This document shows positions 23,499-31,778 of a stretch of 32,890 nt of DNA, one piece after another. The position numbers and the translations under genes were made by a program. Source of the DNA: an uncultured bacterium. Its GTDB lineage: Bacteria > Actinomycetota > UBA4738 > HRBIN12. Location of the stretch: positions 1 to 32,890 of the forward strand of contig CBRGMI010000002.1 in the NCBI GenBank assembly GCA_967797495.1, read 5' to 3'. A model generated the notes under the pieces. That model saw nothing but the letters and a program-made list of their open reading frames with translations. It ran no database searches and was not told where the DNA came from. Numbering within the stretch: the first letter of the stretch is position 1; each line of letters begins with the position of its first letter.

Positions 23499-25427
23499 AT
23501 GCGCCGACGCCTGCGCGCCGTCACCCTGCTCGCCGCCACGTTCGTGCTCGCCCTCCCCTCGACGCCAGCCCGCGCCACGAGCGACGGGGGGCACCGAGCC
23601 GTCGAGGTGCGGGACAACGTCTTCGCCCCGCGGATCGTCCGGGTCGCGGTGGGTGAGACGATCGAGTGGACGAACGAGGGACGGAGCACGCACGACGTCA
23701 CGGCCGACGACGGAGCGTTCGCCTCGTCCGATCTCGCACCCGGCGACGCGTTCGAGGAGACGTTCCCCACCACCGGGGCCTTCCCGTACTTCTGCTCGAT
23801 CCACGGGGCGCCGGGCGTCGGGATGACCGGGCTGGTCCTGGTCGGCGACGCTCCGATCCCGGGTGCCGCGTCCGACGTCGGACCCGGTCGCGAGACGCCG
23901 CCCTCGCTCCCGGCGGACGAGGTCCGTGTCCCCCAGGACGCGCCGACGATCCAGGCCGCGGTCGACGCGGCCGAGCCCGGCGGCATCGTCGTGATCTCGC
24001 CCGGCGTCTACGAGGAGGCGGTGGTCGTGACGACGCCGTTCCTGACGATCCGTGGGCTCGACCGCAACCGGGTGATCCTGGAGGGGGGGTTCACGCTCGA
24101 CAACGGGATCCAGGTCATCGAGGCGGACGGCGTCACGATCGAGAACATGACCGCCCGCCACTACGTGGCGAACGGGTTCCTGTGGTCCGGCGTGTTCGGC
24201 TACCGCGGGTCGTACCTGACGGCGTTCAACGACGGGGACTACGGGCTGTTCGCGTACGACTCCCGGTACGGGCAGTTCGACCACTCGTACGCGAGCGGGC
24301 ACCCGGACTCCGGCTTCTACATCGGCCAGTGCTTCCCGTGCCACGCGGTGATCACCGACGTGCTCGCCGAGAACAACGCCGTGGGGTACTCGGGCACGAA
24401 CGCCGGCGGCGACCTGTTCGTCGTCAACTCCGAGTGGCGCGAGAACCTGGCGGGCATCGTGCCGAACACCCTGGACTCCGAACGGCTCGCACCGCAGCAC
24501 GACGCCCTGATCGCCGGCAACTGGGTGCACGACAACAACAACGCGAGCGCGCCCGCGTTCGACCTCGAGTACCCGTCGCTCGGGATCGGGATCATCGTGA
24601 ACGGCGGGCGCGACAACGTCGTCACGCAGAACCTCGTCGAGGATCACGACGCCTTCGGCATCGCGCTCCTCCCCTCGCCCGACGAGGCCCTCTGGCTCAC
24701 GCAGGACAACGAGGTTCGCGACAACCTGGTTCGGAACTCGGGTGCCGCCGATCTCGCGCTCGGCGCTCCTTCGGCAGGCGGTGACTGCTTCTCGGGCAAC
24801 GACTTCTCCTCGAGCCTGCCGCCGGCGATCGAATGGCGGGCCGGTTGCGGGTCGCCGTTGGCCCGGATCCCCGGCGGCTCGGTAGGCGCCGTGATCGGTC
24901 CGCTCGAGCGCTACCTCGACGCGGCGCTCGGTGACGTCGCCGTGGGCGACTGGCGTTCGCAGCCACCACCACCGGATCAGGATCAGATGCCGGGCGCCGA
25001 GCGTGCCCCGCCCGACCCGGCGATCGCCGAGACCGCCGTCCCCGAACCCGTCCGCATCCGCGACGCCCGCACGCTCGACGTGTCGGCGTCGCCCGACGTC
25101 TCCCAGGAGGTCACCGTGCTCGGGATCTCGCTCGCCACGAGTTGGTGGGGCGTGCTCATCGGTCTGTACGCGTACGTGCTGCCGCTGATCCTGTACTCGG
25201 CGTGGGTCTCGATCGGGCTATGGGACCTGGTCCGCCAGGAGGCCGTCCCGAACCGGACCCGTGTCCTGTGGATGATGGTCGTGCTCGTGATCCCGCTCGG
25301 CGGGCCGATCGCGTACTTCGCGTTCGGGCGCTCGCCGATCCAGCGGTCGCTCCGGGTGATGCTGGTGGCCGGTGGGCTCGCGATCTACGTCGCCCTGACC
25401 GCGCTCGCGATCGGGCTCGGGCCCTAG
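23499..25427 (+). CDS. Secreted/membrane-anchored multidomain protein: cupredoxin, right-handed parallel beta-helix (NosD/CASH-like), and a C-terminal PLDc_N-type TM module
   Basis: The signal peptide is MRRRLRAVTLLAATFVLALPSTPARA. Type-1 Cu ligand candidates are STHDV and YFCSIHGAPGVGM. Beta-helix repeats include IENMTARHY, GFYIGQC, NNAVGYSG and NLVEDHDAFGIAL. The C-terminal TM region has SAWVSIGLWDLV...VVLVIPLGGPIAYFAFGR. TAGCCT lies 8 nt before ATG23499. Confidence 0.8.
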   Translation: MRRRLRAVTLLAATFVLALPSTPARATSDGGHRAVEVRDNVFAPRIVRVAVGETIEWTNEGRSTHDVTADDGAFASSDLAPGDAFEETFPTTGAFPYFCSIHGAPGVGMTGLVLVGDAPIPGAASDVGPGRETPPSLPADEVRVPQDAPTIQAAVDAAEPGGIVVISPGVYEEAVVVTTPFLTIRGLDRNRVILEGGFTLDNGIQVIEADGVTIENMTARHYVANGFLWSGVFGYRGSYLTAFNDGDYGLFAYDSRYGQFDHSYASGHPDSGFYIGQCFPCHAVITDVLAENNAVGYSGTNAGGDLFVVNSEWRENLAGIVPNTLDSERLAPQHDALIAGNWVHDNNNASAPAFDLEYPSLGIGIIVNGGRDNVVTQNLVEDHDAFGIALLPSPDEALWLTQDNEVRDNLVRNSGAADLALGAPSAGGDCFSGNDFSSSLPPAIEWRAGCGSPLARIPGGSVGAVIGPLERYLDAALGDVAVGDWRSQPPPPDQDQMPGAERAPPDPAIAETAVPEPVRIRDARTLDVSASPDVSQEVTVLGISLATSWWGVLIGLYAYVLPLILYSAWVSIGLWDLVRQEAVPNRTRVLWMMVVLVIPLGGPIAYFAFGRSPIQRSLRVMLVAGGLAIYVALTALAIGLGP

Positions 25428-25457
25428 GGCCGGCCCGTCTCGGGCTCGGCCTTGAGG

Positions 25458-25489
25458 AGGGGACCGCCCCGCGGGGGCTCCGGTCCCCT
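25458..25489 (+). terminator. GC-rich hairpin after the cupredoxin/beta-helix gene
   Basis: aggggaccg (25458-25466) pairs with cggtcccct (25481-25489). An inner cccc/gggg stem is possible. The hairpin lies 30 nt after the stop and is followed by agggttt. Confidence 0.45.
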
Positions 25490-25508
25490 AGGGTTTCCAC
25501 AGGTCGGA

Positions 25509-25535
25509 TGTCGAGTTCCGCCCGGCCGCTCCGAC
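25509..25535 (+). promoter_or_regulatory. ECF-type promoter TGTCGA-N17-CGAC upstream of the YCII-VOC-ECF42 operon
   Basis: Read directly: gaTGTCGAgttccgcccggccgctcCGACc, 43 nt before ATG25579. It matches my recollection of the ECF42 group target motif (-35 TGTCGA, -10 CGA/TC). That motif should be verified. Confidence 0.45.
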
Positions 25536-25578
25536 CAACTCGTGAGCGCGCCACCCGGCGCCGAGGAGGGAGTTAGGC

Positions 25579-25938
25579 ATGAAGTATCTGATCATGATGT
25601 TCGGGGACCAGGCCACGATGATCGAGACCCGATCCACCGAGTGGATCAGGTCGATGATCGGGTTCATGGAGGACCTCGACCACGAACTCCGGGACGCCGG
25701 CGAGTACGTCGACGGGCAGGGGCTCGTCGACCCGACACAGGCCAAGACCGTCCGCTTCGAGAGCGGTGCCCCGGTCGTGACCGACGGACCCTTCGCGGAG
25801 GCCAAGGAGTCGCTGGCCGGCTACTGGATCGTCGAGGTGCCCGAGGAGCGGGCGCTCGAGATCGCCTCGCGGATCGTCGCGTTCATCGAGGGCCCGATCG
25901 AGGTACGGCAGATCGCCGACGCACCGCCCGAGTACTGA
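25579..25938 (+). CDS. YCII-related (DGPF-motif) domain protein
   Basis: 119 aa. Motifs are MKYLIMMFGD and DGPFAEAKESLAGYWIVEV. SD is GAGGAGGGAG. Confidence 0.85.
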   Translation: MKYLIMMFGDQATMIETRSTEWIRSMIGFMEDLDHELRDAGEYVDGQGLVDPTQAKTVRFESGAPVVTDGPFAEAKESLAGYWIVEVPEERALEIASRIVAFIEGPIEVRQIADAPPEY

Positions 25939-25983
25939 GTCCGAGCACCGCCGACCGCACACGATGACAAGAGGAGGACCGAG

Positions 25984-26481
25984 ATGCCGAAGATCACCCC
26001 GTTCCTGTGGTTCGACGACCAGGCCGAGGAGGCCGCCGAGCTCTACGTGTCCGTGTTCAACGCGAGGCCGGGCTCCTCCGGCGACTCGAAGATCCAGGGA
26101 GTCTCGCGCTACGGCGAGGCCGGTCCGGGCAAGCCGGGCTCGGCGATGACCGTGTCGTTCCGGCTCGAGGGGCAGGACTTCACCGGACTGAACGGTGGCC
26201 CGCACCACGCGTTCACCGAGGCGGTGTCGTTCCACGTGAACTGCGAGACGCAGGAGGAGGTCGACGCCCTCTGGTCGGCGCTCTCCGACGATGGCGAGGA
26301 GGGACCCTGCGGGTGGCTGAAGGACCGGTACGGCCTGTCGTGGCAGATCATCCCCACCGCGCTCGGCGAGCTCCTCGGCGACCCCGACCCCGAGCGGGCC
26401 GCGAGGGCCATGCAGGCGATGCTGCAGATGACCAAGATCGATATCCAGGGGCTCCGCCGCGCCGCGGAGGCGGCGGCGTAA
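25984..26481 (+). CDS. VOC/glyoxalase-fold protein of the PhnB / 3-demethylubiquinone-9 3-methyltransferase-domain family
   Basis: 165 aa. Motifs are MPKITPFLWFDDQAEEAAELY and GWLKDRYGLSWQI. SD is AGAGGAGGA. Confidence 0.85.
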   Translation: MPKITPFLWFDDQAEEAAELYVSVFNARPGSSGDSKIQGVSRYGEAGPGKPGSAMTVSFRLEGQDFTGLNGGPHHAFTEAVSFHVNCETQEEVDALWSALSDDGEEGPCGWLKDRYGLSWQIIPTALGELLGDPDPERAARAMQAMLQMTKIDIQGLRRAAEAAA

Positions 26482-26489
26482 CGACGCCG

Positions 26490-27713
26490 ATGTCGTCGGT
26501 CGACGCGCCCGGCGTCGAGGACCTGCTGCGCGAGCTGGCGCCGCAGGTCCTCGGCGTGCTCGTCCGCCGGTACGGTCGGTTCGACGCGAGCGAGGACGCG
26601 GTGCAGGAGGCGCTGCTCGCCGCCGCGAAGCAATGGCCGGATGGGGGTGTCCCAGAGAACCCTCGCGCCTGGCTCCTCACGGTGGCCTCCCGCAGGCTGA
26701 TCGACGGATGGCGCAGCGAGAGCGCCCGCCGTCAGCGCGAGGAACGGGTCACGGTCCTCGACGTGCCCGAGCCGGGACCGGTCGCCGGGCGGGACGACAC
26801 GCTCACCCTCCTGTTCCTGTGCTGTCACCCGTCGCTCTCGGTGCCGTCGCAGCTCGCGCTGACGCTTCGAGCGGTCGGCGGCCTGACCACCGCCGAGATC
26901 GCGAACGCCTTCCTGGTCCCCGAGCCCACGATGGCCCAGCGCATCAGCCGCGCGAAGCAGACGATCAGGAACGCCGGCGCCCGGTTCGATCTTCCGCCCG
27001 AGGCGGAGCGCGGGGATCGGCTCCGCGTCGTCCTGCACGTGCTCTACCTCCTGTTCAACGAGGGCTACACGACGAGCTCGGGTCCCGCGCTGCACCGGGC
27101 CGACCTGACCTCCGAAGCGATCCGGCTCACGCGGCTGCTCCGACGGCTCCTGCCCCAGCAAGGCGATGTCGCCGGCTTGCTGGCGCTGATGCTGCTGACC
27201 GACGCCCGGCGCGGGGCGAGGACCACCCCGGACGGCGCCCTGGTTCCCCTGGCCGAACAGGACCGCGCCCTGTGGGACGGGACGCAGATCGAGGAGGGCG
27301 TCGGGATCATCGGAGACACCCTCGGGAGGGCGGCGATCGGGCCGTATCAGCTCCAGGCGGCGATCGCGGCGATCCACGACGAGGCGCCGAGCGCCGACGA
27401 GACCGACTGGCCGCAGATCCTCGCCCTGTACGACGTGCTCGAACAGGTCTCGCTCGGCCCCGTCGTGACGCTCAACCGAGCGGTCGCCGTCGCGATGGTC
27501 GGCGGACCTCGAGCGGGTCTCGCGGTGCTCGGCACTCTGGACGCCGACGACCGGATGACCCACACGCACCGGCTCGAGGCGGTTCGGGGGCACCTGCTCG
27601 AGCTCGCGGGCGAACCCGGCGCGGCCCGGGAGTCCTACCAGCGTGCGGCGAGGATGACCGCCAGCGTCCCCGAACAGCGCTACCTCGCGATGCGCGCCGC
27701 CCGGCTGCGCTAG
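26490..27713 (+). CDS. ECF sigma factor with a long C-terminal TPR-like extension (ECF42-type)
   Basis: ATG26490 lies 8 nt after the VOC stop, giving 407 aa. Sigma-2 region is EDAVQEALLAAAKQWP...PRAWLLTVASRRLID. Sigma-4 region is LTLRAVGGLTTAEIANAFLVPEPTMAQRISRAK. A helical extension of about 220 aa follows. The genomic link to a DGPF/YCII gene is typical of this group. Confidence 0.85.
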   Translation: MSSVDAPGVEDLLRELAPQVLGVLVRRYGRFDASEDAVQEALLAAAKQWPDGGVPENPRAWLLTVASRRLIDGWRSESARRQREERVTVLDVPEPGPVAGRDDTLTLLFLCCHPSLSVPSQLALTLRAVGGLTTAEIANAFLVPEPTMAQRISRAKQTIRNAGARFDLPPEAERGDRLRVVLHVLYLLFNEGYTTSSGPALHRADLTSEAIRLTRLLRRLLPQQGDVAGLLALMLLTDARRGARTTPDGALVPLAEQDRALWDGTQIEEGVGIIGDTLGRAAIGPYQLQAAIAAIHDEAPSADETDWPQILALYDVLEQVSLGPVVTLNRAVAVAMVGGPRAGLAVLGTLDADDRMTHTHRLEAVRGHLLELAGEPGAARESYQRAARMTASVPEQRYLAMRAARLR

Positions 27714-28618
27714 GGGATCTGTTGCTCCTGCGGGGTGGGCGCGCGGGCGAGGCTCGCCGTCACGGCGCCGGCTAGGATCAGGAGCCCACCCGCGGCCACC
27801 CCGAAGGTGACCGACTCGTCCAGGAACACGAACCCGAGGACCGCGGCCGCGAGCGGCTCCATCGCCGAGACGATGGACGTGCGGACGGCGCCGATCCTCG
27901 CGAGCGCCTCCATCAGGAAGAAGAAGGCCCCGGCGGACGAAAGGCCCATGCCGACGAGCGGCCACCACTCGGCGGCGCCTGCGGGCAGGTCCCAATGGCC
28001 GACGACGTTCGCGTAGACGAACAGCCCGATCGACGCACCCGCGCTGATCCACATCGCGCTGGTGAGCGCGTTGGTGCGATCGACCAGCAGGTCCACGCCC
28101 GTGAGGTAGGCGCTGTACGTCATCGCGGTCACGAACGCGAGGAGCACGCCGACGCCGTCGATCGCGAGGCCGGTCCCCGTGCCGACGACGATCGCCGCTC
28201 CGGCGACCGCGCACACGAGGGCGAACAGCGTGAGCCGCGCCGGCAGATCGCCGCCCAGGGCCCACGCCCAGACCGTCACGAAGACCGGGTAGGTGAAGAA
28301 CAGGAGCGTCACGGCGGCGACCGTCCCGTGCTGGGTGGCCGTGAAGAACAGGCTCGCCTCGATTGCGTAGCCGAACACCGCAAGTAGGACCAGCCGGAGC
28401 CGCTCGCCGCGCGCCGCCATCACCGGCCGACGCGTCAGGAGCAGCGCCAGCAACAGCACGACCGCGCCGATCGCGAACCGGATCGACAGCATCGTCTCGA
28501 CCGGGACGCCTCGCTCGAGGACGAATCGACCCCAGATGATGATGGTGCCGAACAGAACGGCCGAGACGGCGGCCGAGGCTCCCCCGAGCAGGTCGTGACG
28601 CGCGGGCGGATCGGTCAC
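27710..28618 (-). CDS. EamA/DMT-superfamily transporter
   Basis: 302 aa from GTG28618, about 10 hydrophobic helices and two EamA-like halves. It starts 2 nt after the AlaX stop. Its stop shares CTAG with the convergent ECF gene. Confidence 0.8.
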   Translation of the reverse strand: MTDPPARHDLLGGASAAVSAVLFGTIIIWGRFVLERGVPVETMLSIRFAIGAVVLLLALLLTRRPVMAARGERLRLVLLAVFGYAIEASLFFTATQHGTVAAVTLLFFTYPVFVTVWAWALGGDLPARLTLFALVCAVAGAAIVVGTGTGLAIDGVGVLLAFVTAMTYSAYLTGVDLLVDRTNALTSAMWISAGASIGLFVYANVVGHWDLPAGAAEWWPLVGMGLSSAGAFFFLMEALARIGAVRTSIVSAMEPLAAAVLGFVFLDESVTFGVAAGGLLILAGAVTASLARAPTPQEQQIP

Positions 28619-28620
28619 GC

Positions 28621-29328
28621 TCAGGCGAGCTCGATCCGCATCCGCTTGAAGGCCTTGCCCTTGTTCTCGGTCTTCGCGACGCGTACGTGCCCGACCTCGG
28701 CCGTCGAGCGCACGTGGGTCCCACCGTCCGCCTGCTTGTCGAGCCCCTCGATCTCGATCACGCGGATCGGGTCCACCGACTCGGGGATCAGGTTCACCTT
28801 CGTCCGGATCAGGTCGGGATCGGCGAGGGCACGGGCGCGCGGGAGGAAGCTCACGAGGACCGGGCGGTCGGCCGCGAGCTCCGCGTTCAGCTTCTCCTCG
28901 ACCTCCCGACCGAACTCCGCGTCGATCGTCTCGAGCTCGAAGTCCATCCGCGCGACGCCCGGTTCCATGTTCCCGCCGGTGACCTTCGCGTCGTAGTCGC
29001 GGAACACCACCGCCGACAGCGCGTGCAGGGCGGTGTGCGTGCGCATGAGCGTGTGGCGGCGATCCCAGTCGATCTCGGCCGTGACGTCGACCCCCGGGGC
29101 GGGTGGATCGCCGTCGACCTCGTGCAGGAGCCGGCCGCCGCGCTTGAGGGTGTCGAGCACGCGGACCTCCCCGCCCCCCCACCGCAGCACTCCGGTGTCC
29201 CCCGGCTGCCCGCCGCTGCGGGCGTAGAAGACGGTCCGGTCCAGGACCACACCCTCGTCGCCGGCCTCCTCCACGGCGGCATCGCACGACCGGACGTAGG
29301 CGTCGGTGGCGAAGAGTTCCTCGGTCAC
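28621..29328 (-). CDS. AlaX-type alanyl-tRNA editing protein (free-standing AlaRS editing domain)
   Basis: 235 aa from GTG29328. It has the zinc/editing motifs HTALH and DGGTH, and an N-terminal beta-barrel-like segment VLDRTVFYARSGGQPGDTG. Confidence 0.8.
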   Translation of the reverse strand: MTEELFATDAYVRSCDAAVEEAGDEGVVLDRTVFYARSGGQPGDTGVLRWGGGEVRVLDTLKRGGRLLHEVDGDPPAPGVDVTAEIDWDRRHTLMRTHTALHALSAVVFRDYDAKVTGGNMEPGVARMDFELETIDAEFGREVEEKLNAELAADRPVLVSFLPRARALADPDLIRTKVNLIPESVDPIRVIEIEGLDKQADGGTHVRSTAEVGHVRVAKTENKGKAFKRMRIELA

Positions 29329-29430
29329 GCCGGGCAGCCTAGCCGACGTGGCCGCCGGGCCTCCCTGCACCCGTTCGCCGGGGGGATGACTCTCAGGCGC
29401 CGTCGGGTTCGTTCCGATACAGGACCTGAG

Positions 29431-30885
29431 ATGTCCCCGAGTCCCGAACCCGCGCCGACCAGACAACCGCACATCGTCGTCCGGTTCGCCGTCGCGAGCT
29501 TGGCGGCGTTCGTGCTCGTCGGGGCCGTCGGGATGGTCCTGATGATCCGCTACGCGCGCGAGCGAGCGGAGCGGGCCGGGGCCTTTCACGCGGCCTTCGT
29601 CGCCACCTCGGTTCTTGCTCCCGCGCTCTCCCGTCTCGACCTGTCCCGTCCGATCACCGGCGACGACGCGGCGCGCGTTCGCGAGCTGGTCGCCGAGCGC
29701 ATCTTGGCCAACGGCCGCGACGTCCGCGTCAAGGTCTGGCGGCTCGACGGCACGATCGTGTTCTCGGACGCTCCCAACCTCGTCGGGAAGCGCTTCCCGG
29801 ACGAGGCGGCGGAACTGGCCGAGGTCGTGGCCGGTCACCCCGAGATCGGCATCTCGGATCTCGACGACCCCGAGAACGTCGCCGAGCGCGGCCTGGCCGA
29901 CAAGCTGCTGTTCGCCTACGTGCCGTTGCGGATCGAGCCCGGGGGCCCGGTCGTCGCCGTCGCGGAGCTCTACCAGGACTACGCGGTCATCCAGGAGGAC
30001 ATCGACGCCTTCGTCGCCAGAATGCTTCCGCTGCTGGGTGTCGGCCTGCTCGTCTTGTACGCGGCGATCCTGCCGATCGCCATGCGGGTCTCGACCGAGC
30101 TCAGGGGGCGGAACGAACGGCTGGCGGAGCTCCTGGAGCGCGAACAGCAGACCGTGGCGGAGCTCCGTGACCTGGCCAAGAAGAAGGACGACTTCGTGGG
30201 CGCCGCGTCGCACGAGCTCCGGACGCCGCTCACATCGATCCGCGGCTCGCTCGCGACCCTCAAGGGGGCGGGTCTCGGAGCCGATGAGGCGACGCGCATC
30301 GAGCTCCTCGACGCTGCCGAGCGTCAGACCAAGCGCCTGGAGCGCCTCGTCGTCAACATCCTGGCGACCGCTCGCCTGGACGGCGATCGCCCGATCGAGA
30401 TCGAGCCGGTCGATCTCGCCGAGACCGCCCGCGCGGTCGCCGAGGAGCTCGGCGCCTCGGACCGGGTCGTCGTCGTGGTTCCCGAGGGGAACGTGGAGAC
30501 CGACCGCGCCCGTATCGTCGACGTCATGACGTACCTGCTCGAGAACGCGCTGAAGTACTCGCCCGACGGCTCGACCGTCACGATCGGCGCCGACAGCGAA
30601 CGCTCGGGGTTCCGTCTTTGGGTCACCGACCGCGGCGTCGGCATCGATCCGGCCGATCAGGCCGCGATCTTCGAGCGCTTCCATCAGATCGACCAGAGCT
30701 CCACCCGATCGCACGGTGGCCTCGGGCTCGGTCTGCACCTGGCGAAGGAGCTGGTCGAGGAGCTCCGGGGGCGGGTCGACGTCGCGAGCACCCCGGGTCG
30801 CGGCAGCACGTTCACGGTCTCGGTCCCGTCCCACGCAAGGGCGGGCGCCTCGAGTCGTTCTCCCCTGTCCACCCCGGCGGGCTGA
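29431..30885 (+). CDS. Membrane sensor histidine kinase (HisKA/HATPase_c)
   Basis: 484 aa from ATG29431. Two TM helices flank an extracytoplasmic segment of about 170 aa. H-box is SHELRTPLTSI, N-box is LLENALKYS, G-boxes are DRGVGI and GGLGLGL. There is no adjacent response regulator. Confidence 0.85.
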   Translation: MSPSPEPAPTRQPHIVVRFAVASLAAFVLVGAVGMVLMIRYARERAERAGAFHAAFVATSVLAPALSRLDLSRPITGDDAARVRELVAERILANGRDVRVKVWRLDGTIVFSDAPNLVGKRFPDEAAELAEVVAGHPEIGISDLDDPENVAERGLADKLLFAYVPLRIEPGGPVVAVAELYQDYAVIQEDIDAFVARMLPLLGVGLLVLYAAILPIAMRVSTELRGRNERLAELLEREQQTVAELRDLAKKKDDFVGAASHELRTPLTSIRGSLATLKGAGLGADEATRIELLDAAERQTKRLERLVVNILATARLDGDRPIEIEPVDLAETARAVAEELGASDRVVVVVPEGNVETDRARIVDVMTYLLENALKYSPDGSTVTIGADSERSGFRLWVTDRGVGIDPADQAAIFERFHQIDQSSTRSHGGLGLGLHLAKELVEELRGRVDVASTPGRGSTFTVSVPSHARAGASSRSPLSTPAG

Positions 30886-30945
30886 ATCGCCTCGACCCTC
30901 GAAGGTCTTCTCATCGGCGCGATGAGCACCGAGAGCCGGTTCTCG

Positions 30946-31737
30946 CTATCCGTTCCCCGCGATGAAGGCGGAGACGCGCGCGACGAGCTCGGGGATCCGC
31001 CGGAGCAGCTCCTCCTGGCTCCCGAGCGCGATCAGCTCGGCGTTCGGCAGCAGCTCGGACAGGAGCAGGCCGAGCTCCGCCGGGTGGATCTCGTCGCCCT
31101 CGATCGTCACGATGATCGTCGGCGTCGCGACGTCCCGCAGCAGCTCCCGGTCCGGGATCGGCCAGTCCTCGACCACGCCGTGGATCGCGCGGGCGAGCCC
31201 GTCGGGATCGTCGTGCTGCCACAGCACGCGGTCGAGCTCCAGGCGCCACGGCGTCTCGACGTACTCGGCCACGCGGGACGGATCATCCAGCACGGTCTCG
31301 AGTGCCTCCTGCGGCGTCTTACCCTCCAGGTCCTCGGCCAGCAGGTGATAGCGGTTCGCCAGCCCGAACGGCAGGTCCAGTCCGGCCGGCAGCAGCCAGA
31401 CCATCCGTTCGAACCGGCCGGGTTCGCGGCACACGAGGTTCCCGATCGCGCCCGCGCCGAGCGAGGTCCCCACGGCGACCGTCGCGCCGAACGCGTCGGC
31501 GACCGCGTCCAGGTCCCGCGCGAAGTCCTCGAATCGGAACGCCTTGGGGTCCGCGGGCGAGCTCGAACGGCCGTGCCCTCGGAAGTCGAACCTCACCTTG
31601 GTCCCGGGCACCAGCGGCGTGAAGGCGGCGAGCTCGTTGCGGTTGTTGGTCAGCCCGTGCGCGAAGACGGTGACGGGTTCGCCCTCGCCCTCCACCTCGC
31701 AGAACAGGGTCGCGTCGTCGTTGCGGACCTCGGGCAC
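30946..31737 (-). CDS. Alpha/beta hydrolase fold protein
   Basis: 263 aa. Motifs are VFAHGL and nucleophile elbow GTSLGA. Start is GTG31737, preceded by TAGGTT-N6. Confidence 0.8.
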   Translation of the reverse strand: MPEVRNDDATLFCEVEGEGEPVTVFAHGLTNNRNELAAFTPLVPGTKVRFDFRGHGRSSSPADPKAFRFEDFARDLDAVADAFGATVAVGTSLGAGAIGNLVCREPGRFERMVWLLPAGLDLPFGLANRYHLLAEDLEGKTPQEALETVLDDPSRVAEYVETPWRLELDRVLWQHDDPDGLARAIHGVVEDWPIPDRELLRDVATPTIIVTIEGDEIHPAELGLLLSELLPNAELIALGSQEELLRRIPELVARVSAFIAGNG

Positions 31738-31743
31738 GAGCCA

Positions 31744-31770
31744 AACCTACCGAAGCCCGGGTCGTACGAT
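31744..31770. promoter_or_regulatory. Back-to-back -10 boxes for two divergent leaderless-type starts
   Basis: TAGGTT (reverse complement of 31744-31749) lies 6 nt before GTG31737 (-). TACGAT (31765-31770) lies 8 nt before ATG31779 (+). The whole intergenic region is 41 bp with no SD on either side. Confidence 0.4.
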
Positions 31771-31778
31771 GCGCCGGG

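Noticed and set aside
26109-28724. 871-aa minus-strand ORF spanning the ECF sigma and EamA regions
   Set aside because: Its composition is dominated by Arg/Pro/Gly/Asp and it has no motifs. It overlaps three well-supported genes (VOC, ECF42, EamA) in other frames or on the other strand. It is a GC artefact.
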